Assembly (NCBI GenBank): GCA_013239625.1 | Contig: MU054098.1 | Coordinates: 2,915,104 to 2,979,103, forward strand | Source of the DNA: Lama guanicoe | Lineage: Eukaryota | Direction: 5' to 3' | DNA length: 64,000 nt | Shown here: positions 13,832-47,820 of the stretch, piece by piece | Layout of the letters: each line of letters begins with the position of its first letter | Numbering within the stretch: position 1 is the first letter of the stretch | Notes under the pieces: model-generated | The model's input: only the letters and a program-made list of their open reading frames with translations | Databases searched by the model: none | What the model was told of the DNA's origin: nothing | Position numbers and translations under genes: made by a program

Positions 13832-16800
13832 CCCAACATTGATAATAGTAAATGGAGAATGGAGAGAGGGAAGTGGGGGCACATAGAAAGATTCATGGGA
13901 GGTGATACATTCTAGACAAAGTTGAGATATTTGCATGGCTCAGTGAAAAGGAAAAATAACTTTGAGAGGCAACTTAACATTTCAGCAAGAAGGGTTTCCA
14001 TTCTTTGGTGATAGGTGGGGGAAAAGGCTTATGGGAAAAAGTGAAAGAAATAAATTTTATTTACTGCCTTTCTTTCACATAGAACTTTTTTTTAAATTTT
14101 AAATGTGCTAGTGAAATTTGGGAGAGCAGGAGGCCCTGCTAGTGGACTGAGGGGAAAGATGAAGACAGACCACCAGTTTTCCAAAGAGCAGAGCAAACTG
14201 AAGGAAAGATGGAGGCACTGATAGCCTCAGCAACAACTGAGTAAATATAGCCCTTTCTCTGGAAAAATATATGTATAAAATATTTAACAGACATTAAATG
14301 CTAACAATGAATTAATGAAAACACCCGAAACATTTTATTTATGTAGCAAGTTTTTTCCCCTTTAGAAAATGTGCTGTTTTAAAATTTAACATCATTTCAT
14401 ATGTGATTCAGGCAGAAAGTAGTGTGGGTCTCTAGAGCAGCGAGTACTATAAGAATGAGGGTAGATGAAAGAAATCTGACAAGTCACTGTAAGAAGGGTC
14501 CAAGTTCAAGAATACTGTGATCGAATGGATTGTTGGGTGTCAGACGCTTCCAGTGAGACCCAGCATGCCCCCTACCCCCATACATGTGCGGGAAGGGTGA
14601 GGAAAATAAAAGCTGTTTGCAGCTGATCTGACACCATGTGTCTCCCTGCTCTACTCGGGGGCTCTGATAGGGAGGGACAGTACCTTCCACCTGGCATGGC
14701 CTCTGAGTAGCTTTGTGAACTCCTTTGGGCTATTATGTTGGTTGGTACTTTGGCTTCTTTGGCTCCCAGCACCAGCTGATGCCCTGCGCTGAGTCCCAGT
14801 TGGGCAGGCTCTATTGCTCAGTGCTGTAGCTGTCTCCAGGGCATTGTTCTTGAGACTTCCAACAGGGCAGATTTGTGCAGTTGGCCCATCTGGACAAGAT
14901 CTATAACAAGTAGAGCTCTGTGCAATAAGCTCATCTCCATAGTCCACCCCCCGCCACCCCCGCCTTCGGGCTGCAGCAGCCTGACACCCCAGCCCCGCCA
15001 GATAGAGTATCAAAGAGATACTCTCTGCTCCTTTCAAAGGGGTATTGCTTGGGGCTTCTCATTGATTGGCACTACCTGGGCAGAAATGGGAAAACAGGGA
15101 CTCTCTGCCCTCTCAATTCAATCTCCTCGGCCACCAGAGTCATAATTAAAACAGTCAATAAGATTCATTTCTGGTCCAGCTTATCCTGGTCAGCCCGGGA
15201 TGCTCTCCCTAAAGCCAAGAGACAGACGAGAGGAGTATCTCAGTGAACAGGAAAGAGCAAACAAGCTCAATAGGAAAAGGGGGGAAAGAAAGCTGAGTTC
15301 TTGCTCTGACTATAGGATTTGCTTTGGTCATTGGACTTACTGACTTTCAATTTTGACCACTATTTTGAGGAAGGGAGGGAGGGACAGGGTGGGAGGAAGA
15401 TATGAGAGAGGGAGAGAAAGAGAGAGAGAGAGATTGGACTCACATAGTTAATTATTCTAGGTCCAGAGAAATGTACAAGATGTTTAAGAGATCATTTGAT
15501 CACCTGTCTTCCAGCTGTTTAGCCCCACCCTTTAATCTTTCCTTTTTCAGTTCCTCACAATTGGGTCATTTCAAAGGACTTGGAGCACCAGGCCCAGACT
15601 TCCCCACCTCCCAGTGGATGTCAGGCCTGAAATGGGCTCTCCCACACTCTCTCTATTCTGACATTCCTGGTAGCTTCAACTGAATGCTGCCCCTCCTCAC
15701 TGTGGAAGGAGAAGGGAAGCAAGAGGATTAAGAAATAGCTCCAACTTACGGTTTTCTAACTTCTACAACACCATCCTGAGATTGACCAAGTCAATGTTTG
15801 TCCAGGAAGGGGTCCTCTATATACCTAGTTCCCTCCCAGGAACCTCAGAGATCACTTTATCTAGGATGAGGCTGCACGGCACCATTATTTGCTCACTAAA
15901 AGGAAGTGAAGGAACAAGTGGAAAATGAGGGGTCCTGTGAAATAAAGAGACTGTGGAGAAAAAGAAGAAAAAATGAACGCCCAGCCAACAGAAGACTTTC
16001 TGAGCATAGTTTCTGTATTCTACTCCTCCTAGATCCCACTGCCTTGGATCTGACTTTTCTTGAAAGTTTTCTAGCATCACCAAGTAACTTTCTTAAAGAC
16101 TAAGCATTTTTATCTTTTTATACTCCACAGCAGTCAAACACCTGCCGCCATGCTAGTTAGGGAATAAAACAAGTATTTCTGAGAGCTGAAAGGGTGGTCT
16201 TTCTGAGAGCCAAAGATTGCTGACTCCATTCTGACAGTGTTACACTTCCAAGGAAACTTGAAGACCTCTCTGTTGGGTCATATAGCGATGCCCTCCTCTG
16301 GTATAGCTGATGACTGCTAAGAGGTGGGGAATCTATCCCCTTGCCTTCCTCCTATAGTCAGGGAAACCTGACTGGGTCAACACAGGGAAGCACTTGTGGA
16401 TGGACAGGACTCCCTATTTGAGCCTGTGGTAGGAGGGACAGAGGGCACAGTCCAGGCCAAGCTCTGGGTGGAGGTGGCAGGACACAGACTGGTGCAGATT
16501 AAGATGACCAATGGCAGAATCTAGTAGCAGTGTTCTGAATATTCTGCACTGGAGAACAGAAAAACAGAGATGACTTAGCCATGGAAGACGATCATCCTGG
16601 CCCCAGGAGTATGGCCAAATCTCATTCTCATGAGAAATGGGAGAGCATGGAGAAGATCTAGATTTGGGCAGATAAGCCATCTTTCTAAGTACAGCCACCA
16701 TCGGCACCATCCATTGTAGACCCACATAGCTCTGAGGTTGGCTGTTGAAGTTCTGAGTGGGAGATCAGGAAGGAATTGTCCAAGCCCTTGACGGAATCTA

Positions 16801-16864
16801 ATGGAGGGGGAACGCCCACCCAGGAGGAAGCAGGAAGCCAACAGCCGGACCCTTTAGCTCTGAT

Positions 16865-37976
<21,112 letters not shown>

Positions 37977-38900
37977 TCCGCGGGGACCCGGAGTCCTTCT
38001 CAGCCGGGCTGCCAAGGTGAGAGGGGATATCCTGGTGGCGGGAAAGCCCAAAGTACAAAGCCTTCCTCCTACTTGGGAGCCTTGCAAGGAACTGGAGTGG
38101 GGGGCCCGGAGCGAGGAGTTGCGCGCTCTGTCCTCTTCTGCTCTCTTCTCCTCTGCCCTGTCGTTACCAGTCAGGGGCCAGAACTATTCCCCTGGAAGTG
38201 ATCTGGACACAGAGAACCCTACCGGCTCACCCGGGGGCTCCGGAGGGCCTCAGCCAGCCTGCCCTGCCCGGGAGCTGAAGGAGATTCTCTCTGGGCAGCA
38301 ATCACTCTCCAAACCCTGGAGAGTCTTGGAGGGGAGGGAGGAGGGAGACTGTAGGAAGATGTTTCTCTCCCTCCCGCTTCCCCCCCAGATGCACCCTCCG
38401 AAAGCAGCAATTTAAAGGCACAGTCGCCAGCAGCTGGAGTGGGCTTTGGAGCATCCGTGTGTACTGGGGAGGAGCTTGGGCTGCTGCTGCCGCCTGGAGA
38501 GGGCCGGAGGTGTTCTGTCCAGCTTCTAACTCTCCAGCTGGAGGAGTGCACGCAGGCTGCCCTGCTTCCCCCTTCTCCTCAGCAGTTTCCCTTTTAGCCT
38601 GGAGCCAAGCTGGGGCCGAACTGTAAAGTCCTAATGGTTTGTATAAGGGGTGAAAAAGACCTGAGAGGGTTTAGGCGGAGCCATTGGGTATTCTCCAGCT
38701 GACAGCTTCAGGGCTGGGAGGAGGCGAGGAGGAGGCTGAGGGCAGGGGCGGCTTTTCCTCCACCCTCTGGATTGATATGAGGGGGCTGGATGACGCAGAG
38801 GAACTTTGGAGTCCTTCTCATATGTGGTCTGCCTGCCTGTCAGTCTGTCCGTGTCCGTCTGTCTGTCTGTCTGCCTGCCGCAGCTCCTTGTAGCTGCGCA
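37977..38900 (-). promoter_or_regulatory. Putative GLRA4 5'UTR/promoter region
   Basis: GC- and CpG-enriched sequence directly upstream of the start codon, with a GGGGCGG box near 38745; TSS not determinable. Confidence 0.5.
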
Positions 38901-40679
38901 TCCTCTTTCCTGTCTGCTTCCCTCCCTCAGGTCATCTCGGTGGGTTGGTTGGCCCTCCATAGCTCTCCAAACACCCTTTCCCCAGCCCAGCTAGACTGTG
39001 AGGAGGAATAAGTGTCCCCGGCAGGGGAAGGGCAGGCCTGGCACACAGCAGGCTTTGCAAGCTTCAGAGGAGTCAAGGGGGCCAAGAGTAATGACCTAGC
39101 AGCCTGCAGCCCTGGATGGAGGAGAGGCAGAGAAATTCGGCCTGTCCTCTCTCTTGCTTCTGCCTATTTGGCTTACAGCATCACAGGTGCCTGAGCAACT
39201 CTCTTCCCCTGTCGCACCCTTCTCCGCACTTGCCCAAGCACCACCTGAACTGTTCTGGGACTTCCCGGAGGGCATCACCCCCCTCCCTCCCTCCCTCTCT
39301 TTCTATATTCTCTCCCTCTCTCCCTGAAGCTTTCTTCAGTCTATCTTCCCTCCATCTCCCTCTCCCTGCCTTTTCCTTTTCTGTCTCACCTTCTGTCTGT
39401 ACCCTCCCCCTTCTTTCGCCCTCACTTTCTCTCCATCCCTCTTTTCTCTCTCGACCTCCCCTTTATCTCCATTTTCTCACTCTCTCCTCTGAAATTACGA
39501 CAGGGAGAAGCCCAAGGCTTTTATTTCTTTTTCAGTGGAAACTTTCACAACAGCTTTTCTGAGTTCCTGCGTGCATCAGTGAGGAGGGGTCGGTGCCACT
39601 TTATAGGGGCCAAGCCCAGAGCTGACTGCGGCCCCTCAGTCTCACCAGAGAGGGGTTTGTGAGGACCGCAGTTCTTCTGTGGCGCCCATGTGCTACTCAG
39701 AGGGATTAACGACAAAGGCAAGGATGGGTGGAACTTGGGCTGCATCTCCCTTGTGGCTGTGTTCCTATTAAAGAAGAGGAATTTTTAAAGCACAGAGGAA
39801 AAGGAAAGAAGATTCTTTTAAAGATTACACACTGAAATGTTGAGGGGGGAGCTGGGATTTTGGAATTGGGATGAGAAACATTATAAGCCTCAAATCACGC
39901 TTCTCTGGACAGTAAGCACAAAACACAAAATATTTTCCTAAAAACATCTATAGCAGCCCTTTCACTTGTTTGCCCTCCCTGCTTATTTTCCATAAGCATC
40001 AGGAACGGCAAGGAACCAAGCTTGACGGCATGTCTCAGGGCAGAGCTCCAGGCTTGTGAGCTCAGGGGCAGGGGACGGGCAGCAGAGGCACTCGATCCTG
40101 TTTGACTCACTGTCTCCGACAAGCCTGATCATGTCCCTTCCTCTGCCTCGACTGTTTCCCATTGCTCTCCAGCTGAAGTTCAAGGAACTGTGTGACTTGG
40201 TCACTCTGCTCCTCCGCAGACGCATCTAGAATCCCCTGTGTCCAGCTTCCACATTGTTTCACATACTATTCCCTCTGCCGGAGCAACTCCTTCCTCCACT
40301 CTTACCGTTCTAGGCTAAGTTTTGTTGTCATCTTCTCATGGAAGACTTCTTGAACTGCCTCCCCCCCCCCGCCTCTCAGGTCTGGGTTAGGAGACCGTCC
40401 AATGTGTTCCCACAGGACCCTGGCCTTCCCCTTCACAGCGCCCACCACACTCCGTTACAGTTGCTCGCTGACTTGACTCTCTCCCCACTCCATATACATG
40501 GTGAGCTCCCTGAGGGCAGAGACATGAGATCCACCCAATCCCCTGGGGCCCAGTGCAGAGCCCGGCACATTCTAGGCAACTAGTGAACGTTTGTTAAAAG
40601 ATGCACCCTGGACACCCCGAGATACTTTCCCAAGCCCAGGGCCTCTGCACCTTTCTCTGTCAAACAAGAATGGTAAGTT

Positions 40680-40718
40680 ACACACACACACACAGACACA
40701 CAGACACACAGACACACA

Positions 40719-40750
<32 letters not shown>
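40680..40750. repeat. (CA)n/(CACACAGA)n microsatellite
   Basis: Direct read. Confidence 0.95.
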
Positions 40751-40753
<3 letters not shown>

Positions 40754-43624
40754 GGTCAGCAGGAGGTAATGGTAATAAGGAGAAATAAGAAAGTGGTTTT
40801 CAGTCCCTTGCCCTTTAGTCTTAAGGCCTCACACTCAAGTCATCCGAGGTTCTTGGCTAATGGAAGGCACAGGCCCTTTCGGACTGGTCCGCTGTTTCAG
40901 GTCTCACCCTCTGTGTGTCCTGTGGGATCCCTGAGCGCTGAGAGCACAGTGGGGTCAGCTTCCTGGGAGGAGAGATCCCTTCTAAGGAGAGGCTGCAAGG
41001 GTCGGGCTGGCAGGTGGAAGGGATATGACTTTCCTCGGGTGAGGGAAGCCGACTCTTTGGGAGAAGAAGAGAGACCAGAGAGGCAAAGTACTGAATAAAC
41101 TGCTTCTAGGAGGTGGCAAGAAGCAGGGGAGTTGCCCATTCAAGAGTTCCCTTTACTAACAGGAAGTCACACTTTCTGAAGATGACCTCGGCATCTTCTG
41201 GTCTGGGGAGGGGGAGTGACAGTAAGCAAAGTGTTTCTCAGGATGAAAGATATTATTTCATCATGAAAAAACGACTGAGATGCTAAAAATGGATGAAGCA
41301 CATTTTCATAAATGTTTCATTCCAGGAAAGAGTCTGTCACATTTCAGCCCTATGCAAGGAAAATTACAATTGTGCCCTCCTTACAAGCAGACTTCCTGAA
41401 ACTGTCTGAGGAGCAGCCTGTCTATGTTGGGATGGGTATTACTGGGTGAATTCAGTGACTTCTAGGGCTGAATTCTGGGGGCAAAGTTGAAGAGTCAATC
41501 AGCATTCCTTCCTGGACCTAACTCCCCCATATTGCCTGCCCACTTATAGAAGTAGAAAGTGGTCTGAGGGGTACCTCAAAAAGTCAGATAGTGTCCCCAG
41601 TCTGAGAAAACTCTCAAAGCATTAGCTACTTTTCAGAAGCATTGGGGTAAGGAGTTGGGGGCATGTGTGAAATAAAAGACAGACGTCTTTTTAAAAAAAT
41701 CTGCTGACAAGGACCGGGGCATTTCAGTAGGATCTCCAAGGAGCAAGTCTGCGTCTTTTTGCTGACTGTGAATTTTTCTTTTCAGGGTCATTTTCAACCT
41801 CCAAGGATGTGACAGTGTACTGGAAAGTGGGGGCTCAGCTTTTGGTGCTGAGGGAGCACTGCCAGCAGAGGCAGGAAGCCCCTGTGCCCTTCAGACACAG
41901 GGAGATAAGTGCCGTGTGTGTGTGGTGGGGGGGCATGAAATTTTCACCATGGTAGTCATGGTGGGAGTCTCATGGCCCTCGACTCAGCTGGAGGAAGGAA
42001 GAACAAAATGGCAGATATGTTAGACATGTTCGGTGCTCTCCTAAGACTTGGAGAGTGATTGGTTTATGCCCAATGTTTCCAAGATCAGCCTTTCTTCTTT
42101 TATGGACTATTTCAGTCATGGCTTTTGCAGCCAAAGCCTGAGGTATCTGAACTTGGGGGAGCCCCTGGAGAGGTTTACCAAGCTTCTCTCAGTCTTCAAG
42201 GACAAATCTGTTGTCAACCACCAGGATAGTACCAGTGAGCAATGGTCCTGCCCCTGTTGCTGGCTCTCTGTTCAGTGCCTGGGGGACAACAGGGAAGTGG
42301 GCTCTACGCAGGGACAGTGTGTTGACTAGCACCCAGATATGCACCATTTCTCCTCTGCTAGACCTTCAGAATCATTACGCATCCCATCAGCTACTTGAGA
42401 GCAATTCACTAGCTGTGCAGGAGTGTGTCATTAAGGTTTCCACTGAGTTTGCATTGACTCTCCCTGTCTCTTGGCTCTCATAACTCTGAAACATTCTTTT
42501 CTGGGGCTGATAGGACCACGTCACGCCTGTCTTCAAAAGTAAATTGGTTTTTGCTGGTGATCATGCTTGTGAATATCTTATTTCACTCATTTGGCGAATG
42601 TGATATCCATGATGTGTAAGGTGTGAAATCCTGACATGACATAAGTTTGGAAAGATCAATAAATATTTCCTGCGTGGAATGTATCGCATTCCCACTAATT
42701 CATGAATGCCCTTATTTATTGAGTGGAAATCATATGCCAGACGTTCTAGGTGCTGTAGCTACAACAGTGAACAAAGCAGATGAAGTCCACGCCCTCACGT
42801 AGCTTACATTCTAGTGGGGTAATGATGTGATTCCCTCCCAGAGAAGGTTCTGCCAGGCTCATCAGCAGTGCCCCAGGGCCTGAGTACCTCTTAAAGCATT
42901 TGAGCTGGGCATTTATTACATGGCCTAGAAAAAAGAGAGATGACTTTTCAGGAGACAGGAATAAGCTTCACTTCAAGCTATTCCAGAATCTGTCTGCTAG
43001 TCACATCACAACAGGTCATCCCCTGCTAGACACCCTCTGAAGAAGCTTATCCTCCAATAATCCAACCCTAAACAGAATATACATCCCTTGAGCATCTCTG
43101 GTGGTGCATACATATTTGTCTGTGACCACTCATAAGCACCTCCCTCACTAGGAGAGTTAAGGGGGTTAACGGTACTCTTAGCGCTCTTGCTGTGGTGCTT
43201 CTCTAACTGGTCTCTGATTAGTTAGGATTCTCTGTCTCTCTCTCTCTGCCTCTCTTCCGTTCTCTCTTCTGTCTTTGTCTTTTCTTTCTGTCTTTCTTTC
43301 AGTCTGTCTTTTTGTCTGTCCTCCTGTCTTTTTTCCTTTCTTCTTTTTTGATTTTCCCATGAATAAATTCAATGTCTGCTGCAATAGGATATTGGACACT
43401 GAAGTAAAGAAGAATTTAGTTGGTGACTGTACTTTGAAATATGCAGCAAGCTGAATTTGCATTACTGATGCCAACCATAGAGTTATAGTTAAATTAGCAA
43501 ACCTTATACGGCAATAACTAGAATTTAACATCAGAAAAGATGCACTGGTTTAATCTTGCACTCCTATAGTGTTCACCATTTGAGTACACACACTTGGGTG
43601 CATACAAACACATACCTTTTTAAA

Positions 43625-43808
43625 CATTTTTATTTTGTACACAATTTTAAAGGGAACTTTCCATTTACAGTTATTACAAAATTATTGGCCATATTCCCCA
43701 TGTTGTACAATACATCTTTGATCCTGTCATAACCCAATAGTTTATATCTCCCACTCCTCACCCTTATTTGCCCCCCCCCACTGGTAACCATTAGTTTGGT
43801 CTCTACAA
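43625..43808 (-). mobile_element. L1 3' end fragment
   Basis: tattggccatattccccatgttgtacaatacatc...ctggtaaccattagtttggtctcta. Confidence 0.65.
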
Positions 43809-43819
43809 CTGCAGAGTAC

Positions 43820-43956
43820 TCTTTTTTTGGGGGGGGAGTAATTAAGTTTAATATTTTTATTTATTTATTTATATTTTAATGGAGGTACTGGGGACTGAAC
43901 CCAGGACCTTGTGCATGCTAAGCACACACTCTACCACTGAGCTATACCCTCCCCCT
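43820..43956 (-). mobile_element. Vic-1-like SINE
   Basis: Full tRNA-like head and tail; flanked by cagag(t/c)act. Confidence 0.85.
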
Positions 43957-45000
43957 CCACAGAGCACTTCTTGATAGTCTGAAGATGATGCCCGTGCCAC
44001 CAGCAATTATGATCCAAGAGTGCAACTGTGGGGTGTGATGAAGTTGGGGTGCGATGAGTAGTCCTTTTCTTCCTGAGTGCAGGTTGATCTTGTTCTTTGA
44101 TTTGTGGCTGTGGTTTCTACGTATACCTCACTAATGAAGCCCTTTTAGCCACAGTCACTCACACAGATAAATTGGAATTCCTAGGTAAGATGCCAAATTG
44201 AACCACTTCTCTGTGTACAAGGTGAGTTAATTCATTTTGTGACAGTTATGCAGCATATGGCCCAAAGCGACATATTCTAATCAATGACAGACACTCCCAA
44301 AAAGTCACGTGAGCTGCTAATCAGACAACAAACCTAAGCAGGTCACACATACCAGTTTTCGCTGCCACCCACTCCTGCATGGTCAGCAACAACATCATCC
44401 AACATTGCTTTAACTCTGACTTCTCTTTCCTGCCCATTGTCAGTTTCTTTCTGTAACCTTCACATTGCCTTTCTACCAGGCATTACATCCCACGTGTTCT
44501 ATAATCCCCTCACTTTCCACAGCGGTATGCCCACTGCTGAGTCAAAGGCAGGTGCTGTTTCACAACTGCAAACAAACCCAGTACATTTATGGTCCAATTT
44601 CAAGAAAGACAAATAGGATGCTGAGGTCCTGACATTTTCAAGCAAGCAATGGCACGGAACCAGGGAAGTCTGCTCCATTGCATCGCCCTAAGCAAGAGCA
44701 TTTGGGAGACCAACTTATTTTCTAGGTACAGAACTGGGTCTATGAAACGGTAGAATGGAGGAGAAGAGGACCATTTATAAGGTTCACTGAATAAAGATGA
44801 ATATTTTCACACTTCAGAGAAGCATCTAGGAGGAAACAGGAAGCATGGCAGGGGATCTCAGCTCATGCTGAGCTACTAGAGGGAGAGAGCTTGAAGTGAC
44901 TCTTTTTTGATGGCTCAGATTCCATTCAAGATCAAGCAGCAACCAGCCACAGTCAGAAGTTTACCAGATAAAGTGAAACTAAAGAGATACTTCTCAGGAC

Positions 45001-45060
45001 AGTGACCAAATCCTGGAGGAGCTGTTAATCAGTAACCAAATCCTGGAGAAGCTGTTAATC
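45001..45060. repeat. 30-bp tandem duplication
   Basis: agtgaccaaatcctggaggagctgttaatc / agtaaccaaatcctggagaagctgttaatc (2 mismatches). Confidence 0.9.
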
Positions 45061-46259
45061 AGTGAGAAGAAGGACAGTGCCTGGGGAGTCTCAGCTCATG
45101 TTGACTGAATTGATTGAATCCTGGGGTAAAACTGAGTCCACTCTAGACTCTGATGACTCCGAAGGGCCCTCCTCATCCCCTTAGTCTGAGAGGATTCTCT
45201 TATCTCCGCAGAGACTGGAAAGGAGTTCTAGTTACTGTGGTAGAGAAATTTTTGGCTTTCAAGTGCTTCCAACTTGTCAGAGGTAGAGAAGATTTTTTTG
45301 TTCCAAATGGTGGAATTTATAACTATTATTAGATACATCTCAGTGTCTTTATTTTAACTCCTTGTTTCAATCTGATCTGCTATTATTGGTTCTTCCTTGA
45401 TCCATGTTACAGATGGGAAAATAAAGACCCACAACACAGTTCATTCATGTCGTCCCTGCCTCACATCTCTGTCTTCTCTGTCCCTCTACTCTCATTCCAC
45501 CTCCACTTTCCCAAACATAAATATACTACGTTCACAAGTTGGTGCAACTCAAGCCAACCAACAAAATAGACTGAAGCAGAGATGGCATTAGGCTTCTTTT
45601 TGTAGTCAATGTCCAGGAAATGTTTAGGTGTTCTGTCTCATGTCCAATTCCATGTTCAGACTCTGCCTCTCCACTCTGGCTCTGCACCTACTCAGACCTT
45701 GCCTCACCTGCAAGTTCAGAGTGTCATCTTTCAGAGATAAACTGAAGTCTACTGATGCCCAGTGAGGACCAGGGTAGGCCTCTTCATTTGAAGACAGGGT
45801 AATAAGAAGTAAGGAATAATTGACTCCTCATGGGTCTTGAATCTGCCATCCAGATCCCCCTGGTCTCAGGATGTGAGTGTAGAGTGTGGAGAAAGGACAA
45901 CATCCTGCTTTCCTGCCAATCAAAGGCCACTCTGTAGGCTTCTGGAGGAAGAAATTGCACTTCCTCCAGCCTGCATTCCACAGAGCTTGGCTGCAGAACA
46001 GGCCTGTTTTTCCCCAAAAGTCAAACAAGTTGGCCAGGAAGCCAGGAGTCAAAGCCAGGCAGGTTTATTCCCCAACTGGCTGCTCTAGTCAAGTGGGAAC
46101 AGACCAGATCCTTAGAACATTAAGGGACAGTGGATAGTCAGTCCACAATCAATACTTTCTTCCAAATCAAACTTTGCTCTGGTTAGTGGTGAGGTTGTCT
46201 CCACGTTAGTAAGGGGAGCTTTTCAGCCACTAGATGAATCATGGCTGAAATTAATGCAG

Positions 46260-46260
<1 letters not shown>

Positions 46261-46300
<40 letters not shown>
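46261..46300. repeat. (AGAT)10 microsatellite
   Basis: Direct read. Confidence 0.95.
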
Positions 46301-46304
<4 letters not shown>

Positions 46305-47510
46305 TAATATTTTTCCCCCTAAAGGGCTTGATTTTTTTCTGCTCTGCTCCACCACCTCCTGCCCACTGTGATCAATCCTCTTCAACCCTGCTCTGTGCTT
46401 GGACAGCAAGAAGAAGGACAATGCAGTTGGCTCTCAAGTTCTCTCTGATGTCTTCCTGCGGAAGCTTGACCCAGCCTGCCATGAACAGAAAGGGTGGTGG
46501 CCTTGACTTGCACACAGAGGTGGTTTAGAAGTGGCCTGGGGCTTCCATTTGGTGCCTGAAACATATTATTTGGTGAGGAATGAGGGCAAAGACTAAAATT
46601 CAATGGCAGATACGTGCATGGGGTGAATGACAAAGCTCTAGAATTCCCCTCAAAATCTCCTGCAAGAACACTCAGTCGCAGAATGTTAGAAATAGCTAGG
46701 ATATTACAGATCAAATCCAATCTCCTCTTTTGAAGGCGAAAGAAGGAACCGAAAGGGTGAAAAATGACAGACTGAAGGGGACCCAGCTATTTGGTATGGG
46801 GCTTAGAGTAAAACTCAGAAACTTTGGCTCCCAAGCCAGCTGCTCCCCATCACATCACTGCCTCCCACCAGAAGCCCCAAGCAGTCCTCTGCTGTGTGCT
46901 CTGTGCCATTTGCTGCGTGCCCCTCACGGCAGGCACACGCATGCGCACCTACCCTCCGCACTGCACCTGGTAGTCAGGAGCTCCTCCCTGCCAAGCACCG
47001 GCCCAGGTGATTTGATCTTCCCGAGTCTTTTGGCAGTAAAGGTTCAGCAGTAGGGCCAAGTGAGTCCCTTTATATTAAGCCACAAGTCAGCTAAATTATG
47101 CACACACAAGCTGCTTCCTCCACTGTTTACTCAGGAAATCATTCTCCTCCCCAAACCAAGCAAAACAAAACAAAAAACCCAGAACAGAGCTGAGGAGAAT
47201 GAGAGAAAAGAGAGGCGAGAGCAAGAGAGAGCAACGAAATGAGTGGATTTTCTTAGCATTTTGGGGCATTCCTCTCCCTGCCTTACCCAAACCATTTCTT
47301 TAATCTTTGTTCTGCAGGGCCAACCTCCCTGGCAACCCTGGGCCCATGATGTCCAACTATTATAATGATAATGATAAAAATCAGGTTGCTTCCTCAGCAT
47401 CTTTATCCAGAGACCTTGTCAGCCTAGAAGATTGGTGTCAGATCCAAATGCTGTGTTCTACAGAGGGGCTGCGTCTCTTCTTCCATCACAAGAAGGAAGC
47501 GATTCGAGGC

Positions 47511-47655
47511 AGGAGGGTAAAGCTCAGGGGTAGAGTGCGTGCTTAGCAGGCATGAGGACCTGGGTTCCATCCCCAGTACCTCCGTTCAAATAAACAAATA
47601 AATAAAAACTCAATTACTGCCTCCCCATAAAAAATTATTAAAAAAAAAAGAAAAA
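47511..47655 (+). mobile_element. Vic-1-like SINE
   Basis: ggagggtaaagctcaggggtagagtgcgtgcttagca...ccccagtacctcc, then an A-rich tail. Confidence 0.85.
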
Positions 47656-47720
47656 GGAAATGATCTGTGTGGTCCAAGAGGCAAGGAGGTGATGCAGTAG
47701 GCAGCCTTGGGTACCCTTGC

Positions 47721-47820
47721 TTTTTTTTTTTTAAATTAATGGAAGTACTGGGGATTGAACCCAGGACCTTGTGCATGCTAAGCATGAGCTCTACCACTGA
47801 TCTATACCCTCCCTTCTCCA
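47721..47820 (-). mobile_element. Vic-1-like SINE with perfect target-site duplication
   Basis: ggtacccttgctttt at 47710-47724 and again at 47821-47835. Confidence 0.88.

Noticed and set aside
14040..14345. GLRA4 polyadenylation site (minus-strand AATAAA near 14056 and 14334)
   Set aside because: Several hexamers occur in AT-rich DNA, and none can be chosen without 3'-end data.
14651..15037. 128-aa minus-strand ORF downstream of GLRA4
   Set aside because: No recognisable homology or convincing splice context.
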